From Trichinella spiralis (taxonomy: Eukaryota), in assembly GCF_000181795.1 (NCBI RefSeq), contig NW_003526944.1:124001-188000 (forward strand): a stretch of DNA of 64,000 nt. Reading direction: 5' to 3'. Of this stretch, positions 1 to 12,841 are shown piece after piece. The stretch's first letter is position 1. Each line of letters starts with the position of its first letter. The notes under the pieces are model-generated. The model was not told where the DNA came from and made no database searches. It worked only from the letters and a program-made list of their open reading frames with translations. The position numbers were made by a program, and so were the translations under genes.

Positions 1-1063
1 ACTTATTCTCTTGTTAAGCAATTAAGCAAAGCGAATAATATCTGTTGTAAAGAAATAAACAAATTTATTTCTCTCTTTTTTTTATTTAAATAAACATTAT
101 TCCCTTTTCTTATTATTCTTTATATTCAGATTTATGATTTATTTATTACAAAATTGAATTAGTGTCATTGGCACGTACAAACAAGCAACACTGTACCACA
201 TATAAGTATAAATTTATAATGTATATTATTTGAAGCTCTGTTATTATTATTTATCTATTATATAATGTACTGCAAAACAATCGTCGTTTCATTAATCAAC
301 AAAATGGCCAAAAGTGCGATTTTATGCTGAATAGGTGAGTGCTGAAAAAATAATGACGACCAAATTCTTCTACGCGAACTGTTTACTCATAGCCAAGTAT
401 AATGTAAATTGTTATTCGTAAAATGTAAATTTTAATTAATGCAGATAACGAAAAAAGAAGCGGCAATGTGTTGGAATGAAAAGATTCAATAAAGTGCTCG
501 TCTGCATGAATATTGTGATTTTCACTTGGGCAAACGATTTATCGATCTGGCGCGGTTTCGGAAGGACCAGGCACCGGGGAATTTCCAAAATTTACACGAA
601 CTGAGCAACGCTACCCTGTGGAATTTTATTTTCTTTTGTTTTAAAACTTGCCTACTTTATCTCAATCCACTGAAATGAACAACTCTATTTATATTCATAT
701 TTATATTTTATACACCTTTAGAAATGTGATTGATGAAAGAAAACTGCTCTGGTAAATAACCCACCAACTATATTTATATTTTTAATATTTTTTATCATTA
801 TCATTTTTATTCTTTATACATAAAAAAAAGAAATCAGTTACAACAAGAGCAATTTCATCAGTTATCCGTATAATAATTAGAAAAGGCAACAACAGTTTGA
901 GCAACAGCAAAGTTATTATTGTTATTATTATTTAAATGAAATTATAGCTCTTTTTAAATGTCTCCTTAAATAAATAAATAAATATATATATATATATATC
1001 CGGTAAAGTTTCGATCGATCGCGTGTTAAATAATAAGTAATTTTGTTCAATTTCAAATTGTTA

Positions 1064-2146
1064 TTATAAAGCATAATTGAAGTTTGAAAGAAGAAATCGA
1101 AAAGAGATAAAAGGATATAAATGTTTTTTACCAGCAGTCAATGTAGTTGTCGTAGTTGTAGTTGTAGTAGTTGTGTTAACACTCAAATGAGCACTGTTTA
1201 CTTGGGGCTTTGTGGGGCTTGGAGCACAATGATTGCAATGGGCGAGTCGACGCCGTTGGCGCCAGTTTGAAATTTGAAGCCGTTTGAAAGAGAATCCAAC
1301 CATTATGAAACGCCATCCAAGACTGAGCAACGTGCTCAAAGCTGCAAAAACGAGAGGCCAACAAGGTTGAGCTGGATTTGGCACAATGCAACCGCTTAGC
1401 CAGACATAATTGATTATTGTCAACGGCAAATCTTCGAGTAGCATGATCAAAAAGCTTATACGAAAACAGTCGAACGAGAACAACCATCTTTTGAAATATA
1501 CACACAATGGACGACAGAAGCAAGCATTTTCAGCACCAGCCGAAATATTCAATCTAGCAGGTCTGAGCGCGTGCTCGCAGCACAGATGCACCAGCAGAAA
1601 GTTCAACGTGCTTCCCACAACACAACTGCACACCATCACCACTGCGCACCAAGATTTCAACGGAAATGTAACAGTCAAACCACGACATGCGTGAAACGTG
1701 TGTACCCAGTCGGCGATTAAATTTAACAGATAAACTAAAAAACTGCCCGCGTACAACGTGTGCAAAGTTTTCGCATGCAAACCCATCAGCCAGAGTTGAT
1801 GCTGCTGCTGTTGATGCTGGTGTTGCTGTTGTTGAGCGTATGCTTTGACCAAACGAGTCGGTGTCGGTTCGGTTCGACGAGCTTGGCGTGGATGTGATGC
1901 TGGAGAAGCGGGATTCGGTCGAATCACGTTCAGGCGTTCTGGTCGTCGATCTTCCGTATACATGTTTATCACAGCAACTGGCAGTGTGGGATTTAACTGT
2001 TGCATCGGAACACGCAATATATTTGACGACACGGTCGAAGAGGTCGACGTACTGGAAGTGGTCACAGTTGTGGAAGAGAACGACGAGCCGCCAAGACAAC
2101 GGGACAGGGGATGTTGTGGTTGCGGCTGCGGATCTGGCTGCGGCAT
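1064..2146 (-). CDS. Uncharacterised multi-pass membrane protein (main coding exon; low-complexity Q/S/T-rich N-terminus, ~4 TM helices)
   Basis: 360-aa ORF, GC-richer than flanks. Hydrophobic segments include GSFLVYLLNLIADW, CAVVMVCSCVVGSTLNFLLV, ISFLIMLLEDLPLTIINY and WPLVFAALSTLLSLGW. An acceptor-like TTTCGCAG lies 3 nt before the ATG. A probable GT donor at 1131 (GCTG|GTAAAA) makes the true C-terminus uncertain. Family not recognised. Confidence 0.7.
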   Translation of the reverse strand: MPQPDPQPQPQHPLSRCLGGSSFSSTTVTTSSTSTSSTVSSNILRVPMQQLNPTLPVAVINMYTEDRRPERLNVIRPNPASPASHPRQARRTEPTPTRLVKAYAQQQQHQHQQQQHQLWLMGLHAKTLHTLYAGSFLVYLLNLIADWVHTFHACRGLTVTFPLKSWCAVVMVCSCVVGSTLNFLLVHLCCEHALRPARLNISAGAENACFCRPLCVYFKRWLFSFDCFRISFLIMLLEDLPLTIINYVWLSGCIVPNPAQPCWPLVFAALSTLLSLGWRFIMVGFSFKRLQISNWRQRRRLAHCNHCAPSPTKPQVNSAHLSVNTTTTTTTTTTTLTAGKKHLYPFISFRFLLSNFNYAL

Positions 2147-4182
2147 ATGCTGCGAAAGCTGAAGCAGATTGTGTTCACGTGCAAAGCTTAAAACTCACGG
2201 ATCGAAGCAACTTTTTCGGTTTGTGTGACTTTGCCAAAAAAGCCGGAAACAGCGGCGCCCTGACGCCGGCCATTTGGCGCGCTGTGCTAAGAACAGACAG
2301 AGGCTTGATTTTCCATAGCCGCATACTTGAACGATGCGGTCGGCTTGGACCAACCGGCTTCAGTGCGGAAACACACAATGAATCGACGCAATTAGATTTC
2401 GTCCAACGATAGATTACTTTGTTTGCCACACGTCACGGCTGACCGAGGCCGCAGATCGTTATTAAAAAGCCACAGCTTCCTTCATACATAGGCTAGCTGG
2501 AAATCGAACTCCAATTTTGAATAACACAACTCGGTCTGGCTCGTTCCCTCCTTACTTTCAGCCATTTCAGCTGGCCGTTGAAATCAGCCTACCAAATCCA
2601 ACCAAACTTTCTTCCTCTTTTATCAATTTCATAAACTTTCCATTTCCGACATTCAAAAACTTTCCCCCATTCATTCAAACAACTACAACAACAATCAATC
2701 AATCAATCAATCAAGCAAGCAAGCAAGCAAGCAAGCAATCACTCGATATTTAAACATTCATTTTTATAACTAAGAAAAACAAACAATTGTAAATTTAATA
2801 ACGGCACAAAGCAACACGAATAATAAAACAAACAAACAAACAACAAACAAACAAATACATTCATACTTACAGCATGTAGCGTTAGAGATGAAAAAAATAT
2901 ATAATAAAATAACCCATTTTCAGCATAAATTAAATAAAATTCAATTCAATGAAAGATTCATTTCATTGAAGACAAATAATGACGTTTTCACTTCACTCTG
3001 CAATACAACCAACAACTCCTCTTTATCAATTACAAATACACTTTTACAAAGTAGACACAACTTCATATTTCAATTACAATTTCCACTTATTTACAAAAAA
3101 GATATTCAATAAATAAAAACAATACTTTCCATTACACTATTATAACTAATAAACAAAAAATGACAATCGTCATAAAATCGACAACCGCTAAGCAATCATC
3201 CATCATCTATTACATTCATATCACTCACTATATACATACATAATAATAGTTCAAAACTGTTCTATTTCGATGTTTAAGTAAAGAGCAATTTTTTGCGTTT
3301 CGCGTCATGTAATCCTTCTATCTATATTGAGAAATGATAATTTCTTTTCATTTTCATCTTCCGTTGTTCAATTAACGATTGCGTTTTCTTATTTCACATG
3401 ACAAATCGACGTCAATTAGTTTGAATTCACATTCAAACTAGTTCAAATAACGCTTTCAGTGTACTGTCAGTAATTCACGAAAACAACACAGTCAGTAAAC
3501 CTACTTGTCAATAATTGAGTTGACTGTATGCAATTCAACAAGAAATTAATTTCCTCCTATTTTGTGCCTTTGATTTGGGCCCGACTTCATTTGCAAATTT
3601 TCTATTATTGAAATTATGAAATCACTCAGCGACACTTTGAATTTTTGCTTATTTGCCATCTCAAGCAAATTTTGTAACTTCATACTGTCAGTACGGTTGT
3701 TTTGTTGATATTCTGATTATATACGGTGCGTTTGGAAACTGCTGAACAACTGCTATGCAATGAACTATTATATTTCATTTTATTCAGCTTCGAGTCCTCT
3801 GCGTTTTCGTATTAAACGTTTCAGTTATTTCGTCTCATCTGAAAAACAGCATGTTTGTAAGTCAGTATATGTGGAGTAAAAGTTTTCAGAATTTCACGCA
3901 TTCATTTCCCTTCATTTATTCAAAATACAATTTTAATTTTTCAAAAAGCTATATCTATAAATATTTTCATGTATAATGTCGTTTGGTAGTAATGCAGAAA
4001 AGTTTATTTGTAAGCTAGCAAGATGTCACAATATGAAAAGTTCTTATGCGTCATATAAGTAGAATAAATTTCTTTCATTCAATTGGCAACTGATTGAATA
4101 AAGATTTACATTACTGCAGAATTGCTTTTTTCAATTTGGAAAAATTATAAATTACATGTTTATGGAAATGTTGGTTATCTTT

Positions 4183-4647
4183 CTACATTTCACACTTATA
4201 GATGTGATAAAGGCGATAGGTAATTTCAGCCAACGCAATACTCACTGAAGCCCAAAATGGTAGCATCACGTGCCAAAATTTGATTGATTCCCCGGTGGAA
4301 AATTTTCCAACTGCAGAGTGTTGATGTTGCTGCTGTTCCAGCTTTACAGACAGCAGTGACAAGAAGCAGAGCTTGAACAAAATCACCAACAGAAAGGATA
4401 CATTTCTGCGTTTGCAATATCCATCGCTGGCGATTTGCGCAAAACCTAAGGAACAGGCGCGTAGAAGGTGAACTTGACGCACACAACTGAGCAAAGTATA
4501 GAACAATGCAACTAAATCGAGAATCCACAACGGTGTGAATACCGCTGACCAATGCCAACTTATGCGGCCATCTAAACGCATAACAGCTATGATCACAAAT
4601 GCCATTATGCATGACCAAAGAAAAAGTGCTCGGTGAATAGCACTCAT
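4183..4647 (-). CDS. TMEM60: Transmembrane protein 60 (TMEM60/TMEM185 family), single coding exon
   Basis: The 154-aa ORF follows the TMEM60 pattern throughout: RALFLW..MRLDGRISWHWSAVFTPLWILD..LFKLCFLSLLSVKLEQ..VMLPFW..ALAEITY. An acceptor TTTTACAG ends at 4694, 46 nt upstream of the ATG. Confidence 0.88.
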   Translation of the reverse strand: MSAIHRALFLWSCIMAFVIIAVMRLDGRISWHWSAVFTPLWILDLVALFYTLLSCVRQVHLLRACSLGFAQIASDGYCKRRNVSFLLVILFKLCFLSLLSVKLEQQQHQHSAVGKFSTGESIKFWHVMLPFWASVSIALAEITYRLYHIYKCEM

Positions 4648-4958
4648 GGAAATTAGGAAAAACAGCCGTTGAACAACAGTTCCTACGTTGAATCTGTAAA
4701 AAACAAGTGAAATTTTTATTATTCAAGGAACAATTAACTGGCAAATAAATATTAAAAGAAACAGTCGGAATGACTTGCGTTTGCAATGCCAGTAAAATTA
4801 ACAACTAAAAGAACTGAATTAAATTAATACTTTTAATTTAAAAATACCTGATCGAAACAGCAAAAACTGATATGAATGAATGAATGAATGAAGACACAAG
4901 ACAAAGGAACAAATGTTAGCAGCAATGAATGAAAAAACAAAGTGATGCGTGCATACAT

Positions 4959-5077
<119 letters not shown>

Positions 5078-5213
5078 TTTGCAATTTGCACTTTTAACAG
5101 TAGTTTGCAAAAATATATAAAATGTTCATAAATAAAGCAAAAAAATTGTGCATGACGTCGAAAATGAAAGAAAAAGCACATAGGTGGTGGTGAGTGCTTT
5201 TCAATTCACAGGT

Positions 5214-6684
5214 TCACTGCGAAACCGGCTCCAGCATTAGGTAGTCATCTTCTGCATTATTAATATTATTGGTATTACCATTGTTGCTGTTATTACTAGT
5301 ATGCGTGGTGACCATTTTCAGCCGACTTTTGTCCGCATGGGAGGAGTAGGGGGATCTGGAAAAACACTGGAAAGAGAAATCAGCAGGCAGCGACCGTCGG
5401 CCGATTCTTTTCAACAGTGATATAGATTTGCAGCACTCGGACAAGGGGAACTTGGTGATGAAATTCATGTCCGAATGGAAAAATCGCTCTTTTTTCCTAC
5501 GTTTCAGCTCTTCATAAATTGAACCGCAAGGATCACCGATGGAATGCCGGCGCCGAATAGAACAACGTGGTGCCGCCGACCATTTGCAAGAAGACATCGG
5601 TCTTTGGAAACGCAGACGTTGTTCCAAAGAAGCTGCTGCAAGCGGAACAGTCGTAGCGTTGGCGGCCGAATTTCCTCTGCCAAAAGAAGAAATATCCGAA
5701 TGCATCATTCTGTCCACACCTTGCAGAATATCCAGTGACGAGTCAATGTCGGGCGAAAAAGTAATCTCATCGCTGACTGGCCTGATCCTGAACGAACCAA
5801 GTCCTTTCTTCTCTCTGGTCACTCTCATGATGTCCGTCTCGTCATCATCTTCTTCTACATCATTGACGTCGACGTGATCACCTTCCGCAGAACTAAACAT
5901 CGAAGTCGACCCTTTGCCTGATACTGTGTCATCATTCACATTTGCCTGAAAAAGATGATACAAGAAAAAATTCACTATCAGAAATGACAAACAAATAAAC
6001 AAATATTTAATCGATTAAAATATTTGCTTATTCATTCATATTAACAAAGGGGGAAAGAAAGAAAGTTGAATTACAACAGGAGGAGACATGGGAACGTATT
6101 CTGCTAGACGCTCCAGCGACGGCCTGCAGCGACGAGTGAATATCAAGTCTTGAATTAATTTCGCGCTTGGCGACAATTCTTGTTCGCTAATTTGCTCAAT
6201 TTTCGGTGACCAAGACTGTCTATAAATGCTGGCCGTGCCGGCACTGCTAGCACGTGATCGATTCAAAGAATCGCCAGAACCAAACGAACCGCTATTGCTT
6301 CGACCATATGGAAACGCGCCAAAGTCAATCTCGACCAGATCCTCAGACCCGCTGCTGAATTTGGAATCAAAAATACGACCAGGCAGTTGGTGCTTAAAAC
6401 TGTTACCAGAGGAACGATCTAACAGAAAAGAAAAAAATAAAAAGAAAGAAAAATTTGTTTATATATATATATATATATATAAGCAGCAATAACTAACCAG
6501 ATCCAAAGCTTCCCGACCGCTGACGCAGGCCGCCGGACTCGCCCAAATCAGATCCTTGTTGGGCTGAATGCTTCCGCAACGACATCAACTTGCTAAAATC
6601 AACAAAACATAATAACCCACACGTATCACAGTCAAATTAGATATTATTATTATTATTATTAAACTAAAATTATCACGCCTATCA

Positions 6685-6717
<33 letters not shown>

Positions 6718-9700
6718 GATAATGTAATATATGTAGGCTGCTTACGCAGATTTCCAATTTCCAAAAGAATGTGCCCGTTTTCGTTCGTCGTTGAATGAAA
6801 AATGCTGCAATTTTCTCATCCAAGATGGCTGCTTAACACTGCCATAATTTCGAACTGTTGGTTTTGAACCACAAGAATATGCTCGCAATGGAGGTACCGC
6901 AGTTACAAGATCAGGACCAATAGTCGGTCGAATATCCTCCAATCGCCACGAATCAGTTACTGCTGAAGTATGAGAATATTTTTATTTTTAAACAACCAGC
7001 ATAAAGCAAACATCTGTAAATCACTGCATTACCATTAGATAGTGCGGTCGTCGTTCCCGGAGCCATTGGTATGTAATCAGATATCTGTTCACTGCTGTAT
7101 GAGGAAGACATCGCGTCTGCATCTGTTTGAAAAATCGCATTTCATTATGATCCAAAATAATAAAGAAACAGATCATATATAATTTTACCTCTCCTAGGAC
7201 TGACCGGATCTACACAACCACTGTCCAATGTCATCCGACGGAAACTTTCGACGCAGTCCGGAGACGAATGCACATCCACACAATGAGTTATCAAAGTACG
7301 AGCAGGACGAAAAGAATTTTCATCATTCAATTCCAAAATACCTAAAAATTGCACACTCAATTAAATATAAATCCAAACGGATCAATTAAATAATTAAACA
7401 AAAAAGCAAATCAACATTGCAAAATCAAATTCAATTCAAACCTTTGGAAGTTTTGCAAAACGGTACACAATCGGTACCACTGCCGCCACTGCTTTCTTCG
7501 ACAATTGTCGAACGACTTATCAATTCTAATGAAGGGTTTCCAACATGCTGCCGATGACTGTACCTCAGACCATTACTGGATTGAGTTGTTTTGAAAATGG
7601 AAAAAAATAAAAATATATTACAAAGAGAAAAACAATGCTTACGCGAAGTGATCGAAATCGCTCGAATTAGAAATGCTTCCAAAACTATCATTGGACAAAC
7701 CAATTACTGGGCTTGTGCTATAACAAAAAGAATAATTTTGTTAAAGCAAAATGCAAATAAAAAAAAATTAACAAATTTACGCCAGTGCTGATCCGTGATA
7801 GCCAGAACGATTATGCAACACGGATGGCGAGTGACTGGCAGATCGAGAATAAGACGGGGGTGCACCACAAGAATAGCAATTCAAATTTGCTAGATATTCG
7901 AGTTTAGAAGACACACCGGAATGAGAACGATGCTGCAAGTAGTTCAGATGACTACGCAAGCTGAAATCAGAGCATAAGAAAAAATTTAAAAATGAAAAAA
8001 AAATCAATTTTTCATGCAATATATCAAAAAGCCAAGATCTAACAGGCAAAACGAAAAACATATATGCCGTCAACAATCAAACTTATTCATCCAGAATCTA
8101 ACTAACCGCATTTCTATTTAATTTAAATTCATCTCAAGAATAATTTATTCATATTTAAAAAGAAATAAAGATTATCCTTTGTCATCAATTAATTTTGTTG
8201 GATAATGTCAAATAATTGTTAATTTTAACTGTATTTACACTTTCGTTGGATTAGCAATAGCATCCACTATAGCCTTGATCTTCATTCTGGGTCTACACCG
8301 TCTTGCAAAAAAATCATGCTCAATTTTTATAAAAATGCAAATTGAAGTTGAATCCAAATTTACTTCTGTAAAGTCTTTTCATTTTCAGAGATGGCACGAG
8401 AGCGCAAATCGCTGTGCATCAATGCTTCCGGTGGAAGGGTGGTCGTTACAGAAATTGAATTTGACCTGGTAGAATTTTGACTGTCACTTCTAAACATTGT
8501 TGTTTCATTTTTATTATATTACAAAGAAATAGTCACTGATAAAAAGAAAACAACCTCAACCCGCGAGGTTCAATGGGCATGTTACGCTGACGTTGTTCAT
8601 GATTGTCTTCAAGAATTCTAAAAAAGAAAATTTTCAAATACAATAAACATCAAAATAATAACTTTATTAGAAGAAAAGAACGTTTACATTTTCATAGTTT
8701 CATGCATACTACCAGCATCAACAACATCCTCTGTGTTCATCCAAAGCTCACCAGGACCAGTGACAGCTGAACGCCCGACCCTCAAAAAGAACAAATTCCC
8801 CTGATGACCGTAATTTGAAATGTATACAAGCTAAAAAAATAATTTTCATTATTAAGCATTGCAAAAAATCAAATGAACAACAAAAATTAATAATAATAAA
8901 TTTCGTTTTTACTGGAAATTCAAAAAATTCTTCGTCCGTGTTCAGTTTGTAAAAGTATACGGAGCACGTGTTCAAGCAGAAGCGGAAAAGACCGGCTAAT
9001 TTCGACACCTTTTCAGTTAAGCCACGATTTTTCAACACCTTCACCTGCCAGACGTATTCTAAAAATTATGCTATTATGAAATTTGAAAGTATATAAATTT
9101 ATCAAAGGATAAAATTTACCAAAATTTGCTCGTCGCAAGTCGTCCGACAAACCCGTCATTTTTGTGTTCATCAACACCTCGAGCAACGTGTGCAACCACG
9201 CATCTTGATCAAGCTCATTTTCGCAACCAAGCAACAAATAATCATCAATTGTATACATGGCAATGCAAAATTTCAACTTGCTGTCCACCTGAAATTCAAT
9301 TTAAATAGGAAACAATTGTTTGTTTGTTTGTTTTAGCATTATCATCATTTCCAAATAAACACATTTAAGAGAACAAAAAATAATCCAAATATAAGAAAAG
9401 TTGCAAATTTTACAGAATCAACTTGATTACAGTACATACTCTCGTGCACTGCAGATGAATTCAAATGCAGTAGCAAATCAATCGATCACCTGCAAATAAT
9501 TGCTGATCATTGTCAATTAACTGGACAATAAAAACAAAGAAAAGCTCAGAAAAGTAACAGAACATTAAAAGAAAGCTATTTATTACTCATGCGGGTTAAT
9601 AATTTTTCAATGAGGTAATGTTATTTCGTTGAAAACTGAAAAGAAAACCAAAAATGAGTTGCCGTTATTTTTTGAGGAAAACTGAGAAAAGGCGACAATT

Positions 9701-12535
9701 TGACAAAAGGCAATAGCAGCAAAGCAAAAAAACACAAATCGATAATCCCTGCTGGCTGAACAAGACTACAGTTTCGACTGCTGGCAAAAAATTGCTAAAT
9801 ATAATTAATAATTTACGCTCACTGTTATGAAGAAACAACAAATGCTGAAAGTATAAGCTTATTTATTGTGCTTTGGACGGCCAATAAATAAAAGCAATGA
9901 AATATGAACAAATCAAATTCCAGATTTCAAGTCAGTGGATGAAAAAGAAGTATTTTCAGCTTTTTAGACTTTCATATTCACGCATAAAATAATAATAATA
10001 ATAATGATAAACGTATATCAATGAACAACAAATATTGCTCGATTCAAACTGAAATACAAAAATACAGGCACTACGTCGTAGAGCGTAATCGTAAACAAAC
10101 AGTTGTAAATGTAGTATAAAGCAAACAGCTAGGAAACGTTACATGAGTAAATTTTCAATTATTATAGCAAAATCAATCGAGAAATGAAGTCAACAGGCAG
10201 AGACACAACCCAACGTCAAAAATGGAAAGCAGTGTCGGACAAACAAGCTCCAATAATCAATAATATTTGGATGAACTATTTATGAAAGAATTTTAATTAT
10301 ACTGTCAATTAATAAATTCCACGATCATTTAAACTGAAACATTAACCAACGCCTAAATATTTTAATTATAAATGGTAAACGAAAAATAATTTAACCATGC
10401 TCAAATAGAAACAAAAAATCCATTACAATGCTTAGGTCTTAGTAACAAACCAAAAGAAAACAGAAAATTAACAGACGGACAAATGCACGTTGAATTCAAC
10501 ATCAAACGCAAAGTATAGCACCGATATCCAAAGCAGAAAATCTGCAACAGCAAATAACAAAATAACTCTTAACATCGATGACAACACATAACAAAAAAAT
10601 TTGAAAAACTAGCCTGCAAATTAAAATTAAAGAGCGGAAAAAAGCAAAACCTTAACTACAAGATCAATAGGAATTTTAAAGCTATGGATTGTGAAAATTT
10701 AAAAACAAAAAAAGGACAAAAATATACCAAATCACTGAAAATTAAGGGACATGCGAAGTCAAAAAAAGCTTCAAAAAATTCACATCATTGAACCACTTTC
10801 ACGCCGCTTCACATTTACCAACTGAGTGATATTCTCTTCACAAATTCCAACAATACATAAGCAACAAAGAAAATTGAAAATGAAAAGAGACCGTACTGTC
10901 AAAAAATGAATTTCAAGAATTACACACTAGAACGGTAATTAAAAAGAAAAAAAGACGCTGAATATCTTCAGAAAAAAATTTTTTTCAATTAACGCAATTT
11001 CAAAATATGTTGCATTTTTTTAGTTGGTAAAAGTAATTTAAAAAATATATAAACTTGCCGACTTTGTTCATACTGTAGAATTGCTGTTGTTTTGATTTTT
11101 AAATAATACAACAATAAGTAATTTAAAAATCAGAATGCAACGTGGGAAGAGAGCTGCGTAAAATGGGAAACAAAATAAATAAAATAAAATAAAATAAAAT
11201 ATAATATAATATAATATAATATAATATTATGTAAAATATGCAGAGAGAAGAAAAATTACCACCGATGGGAAATAAAAACAAGCATGAAACGATGACGAGG
11301 ACGGGTAGGCGGTGCAATCTGTTGTAAACAAAGTTTGCGCTGCATTCAATTCTGACGTAAGTGTTACATTCACGAGGAAAACAAACGAAAAAAAAACAAA
11401 CAAACACGCGTGACAGAAAAAGAGCCATCACATTGCAACGAAAAGCGAAAAACATTTTCAGTCTAAAGCTTTCAATCGGATAAAACACTATCCGAGATTT
11501 TTTGTAAAATTCATCCTATCATGGAAAATTCAATGGAAAGAAATTTCGTTGTCACTGCGGAACTGGAAAATTGGCAACCGAGATGCACAGTTGAACAACA
11601 TGCAAATTAAAGGAAAATAATCTAACAACATCATGATTATTTTATTATTTTTCTTTCTGGTTTGCTGTTTATTAGCATTGTTTTCATCATCGTCAAAAGA
11701 ATAAATGACAAAACAAGATAAACACGGGTCAGGTTAAAAATTGTAAAATTAAGATCATTTTTTATCCTGCCCAGGCAAAATGTCGTACGGCTACTGGCAC
11801 GAAACGATTTTATCGACGCGATCAATGCCAGTCAAACCTACAGGCAATAAAGGAAATGCGTAATATGAAGAATTTGAAATAATAAAAAAATGGCAAAAGC
11901 TAAATCACTAACAAATTTAAAAGATGCCGAAATCGTGAACAATAGAAAAAGATATTTGTCAACCGCGATCGCATGAGTGACTTTTACGCGCTCGATTATT
12001 TCACGAATGAAACGTTAAACGACCTCTAAAAACAGCTTCATGACAACAAACAAATCAAAAAGTCATGCTAATGCGCTTTCAATGAAAACTCCAACGTGTC
12101 AACAACAACAACAACAAGAAAACAACTGTCTGTAAAACGCTGTTCAAAAACAACTTATGCAATCAAAGTTGGTGCCATTATTGAAATCAAAACAGAACAA
12201 ATCACATAACAACAAAATATTTACCTTTTTGTTGATGTTAAAGCACGTTTTCAATGGAATGGACAGCTTAGGAGCAGCGTGACAGCGGTAGCGTTTTTCG
12301 TTGTCGAAGCATTCCAATCTGGCAGGCCCATTGTAACTGTCCTGGTGGAGGACAAAAAACCTTTTCCGAGCACGCTAAAACCAATGAACAGATTGACGGA
12401 CGGTTATAATATTGCTGAAATCAAACGTTCAAAACAATCACATTGACATAAACAAACCTTTCCCTTTCTCAGAATGCCCATTTTGATGATGTCATCCGGT
12501 ACATTGGATTCATTAAACAATATTAATGGGTCCAT
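5214..12535 (-). CDS. IRS1: Insulin receptor substrate (IRS1/chico/IST-1 family): PH + PTB domains and Ser-rich tail with YXXM motifs; multi-exon
   Basis: Manually spliced exons 12535-12458 (MDPLILF..GILRKGK), 12374-12225 (RKRFFVL..GPARLECFDNEK..SIPLKTCFNINKK) and 9288-9120 (VDSKLKFCIAMYT..QDAWLHTL) give an IRS-type PH domain. Exons from 9058 (YVWQVKV..GLFRFCL) and ~8830-8690 (YGHQGNLFFLRVGRSAVTGPGELWM) give the IRS PTB domain. The tail carries YIPM (7064-7075), YVPM (6087-6098), RAYSCGSKP and DLVEIDF. Stop at 5214-5216. Confidence 0.93.
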
Positions 12536-12807
12536 TTAAAAATTGAAATCGCATTCAACGAACGTGTGCTTCTTTGCCATAACCCGCAGCAAGCCAGTGC
12601 ACACGAGCAACAATAATAACTGTAAAAGATTACAAAGCTACAAGCCGTTCCATGATACGACCGTTACGTCACATGCAGTCTGCATATATTTTTGGAAAAC
12701 AAAAATAAATAATAATAAATAACAAAATACTAACAATACACGCCAACGCGAATGTTTTGAAAAACAACACGTCCGGCCGACAACAGACCAGAAGACAACA
12801 ATGCGAA

Positions 12808-12841
<34 letters not shown>

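Noticed and set aside
1109..1118. AT-AC donor-like ATATCCTTTT at the end of the first ORF
   Set aside because: A normal GT donor lies 13 nt upstream and no TCCTTAAC branch site was found downstream.
1410..2429. Overlapping and antisense ORFs around the first gene (1861-2412 +, 2175-2429 -, 1554-2099 -)
   Set aside because: They are shadow frames of GC-rich coding or leader sequence with no recognisable motifs. The 2175-2429 ORF is at most a uORF.
4393..4401. U12-type donor GTATCCTTT inside TMEM60
   Set aside because: The ORF is continuous and collinear with TMEM60 across this point, and no U12 branch site was seen.
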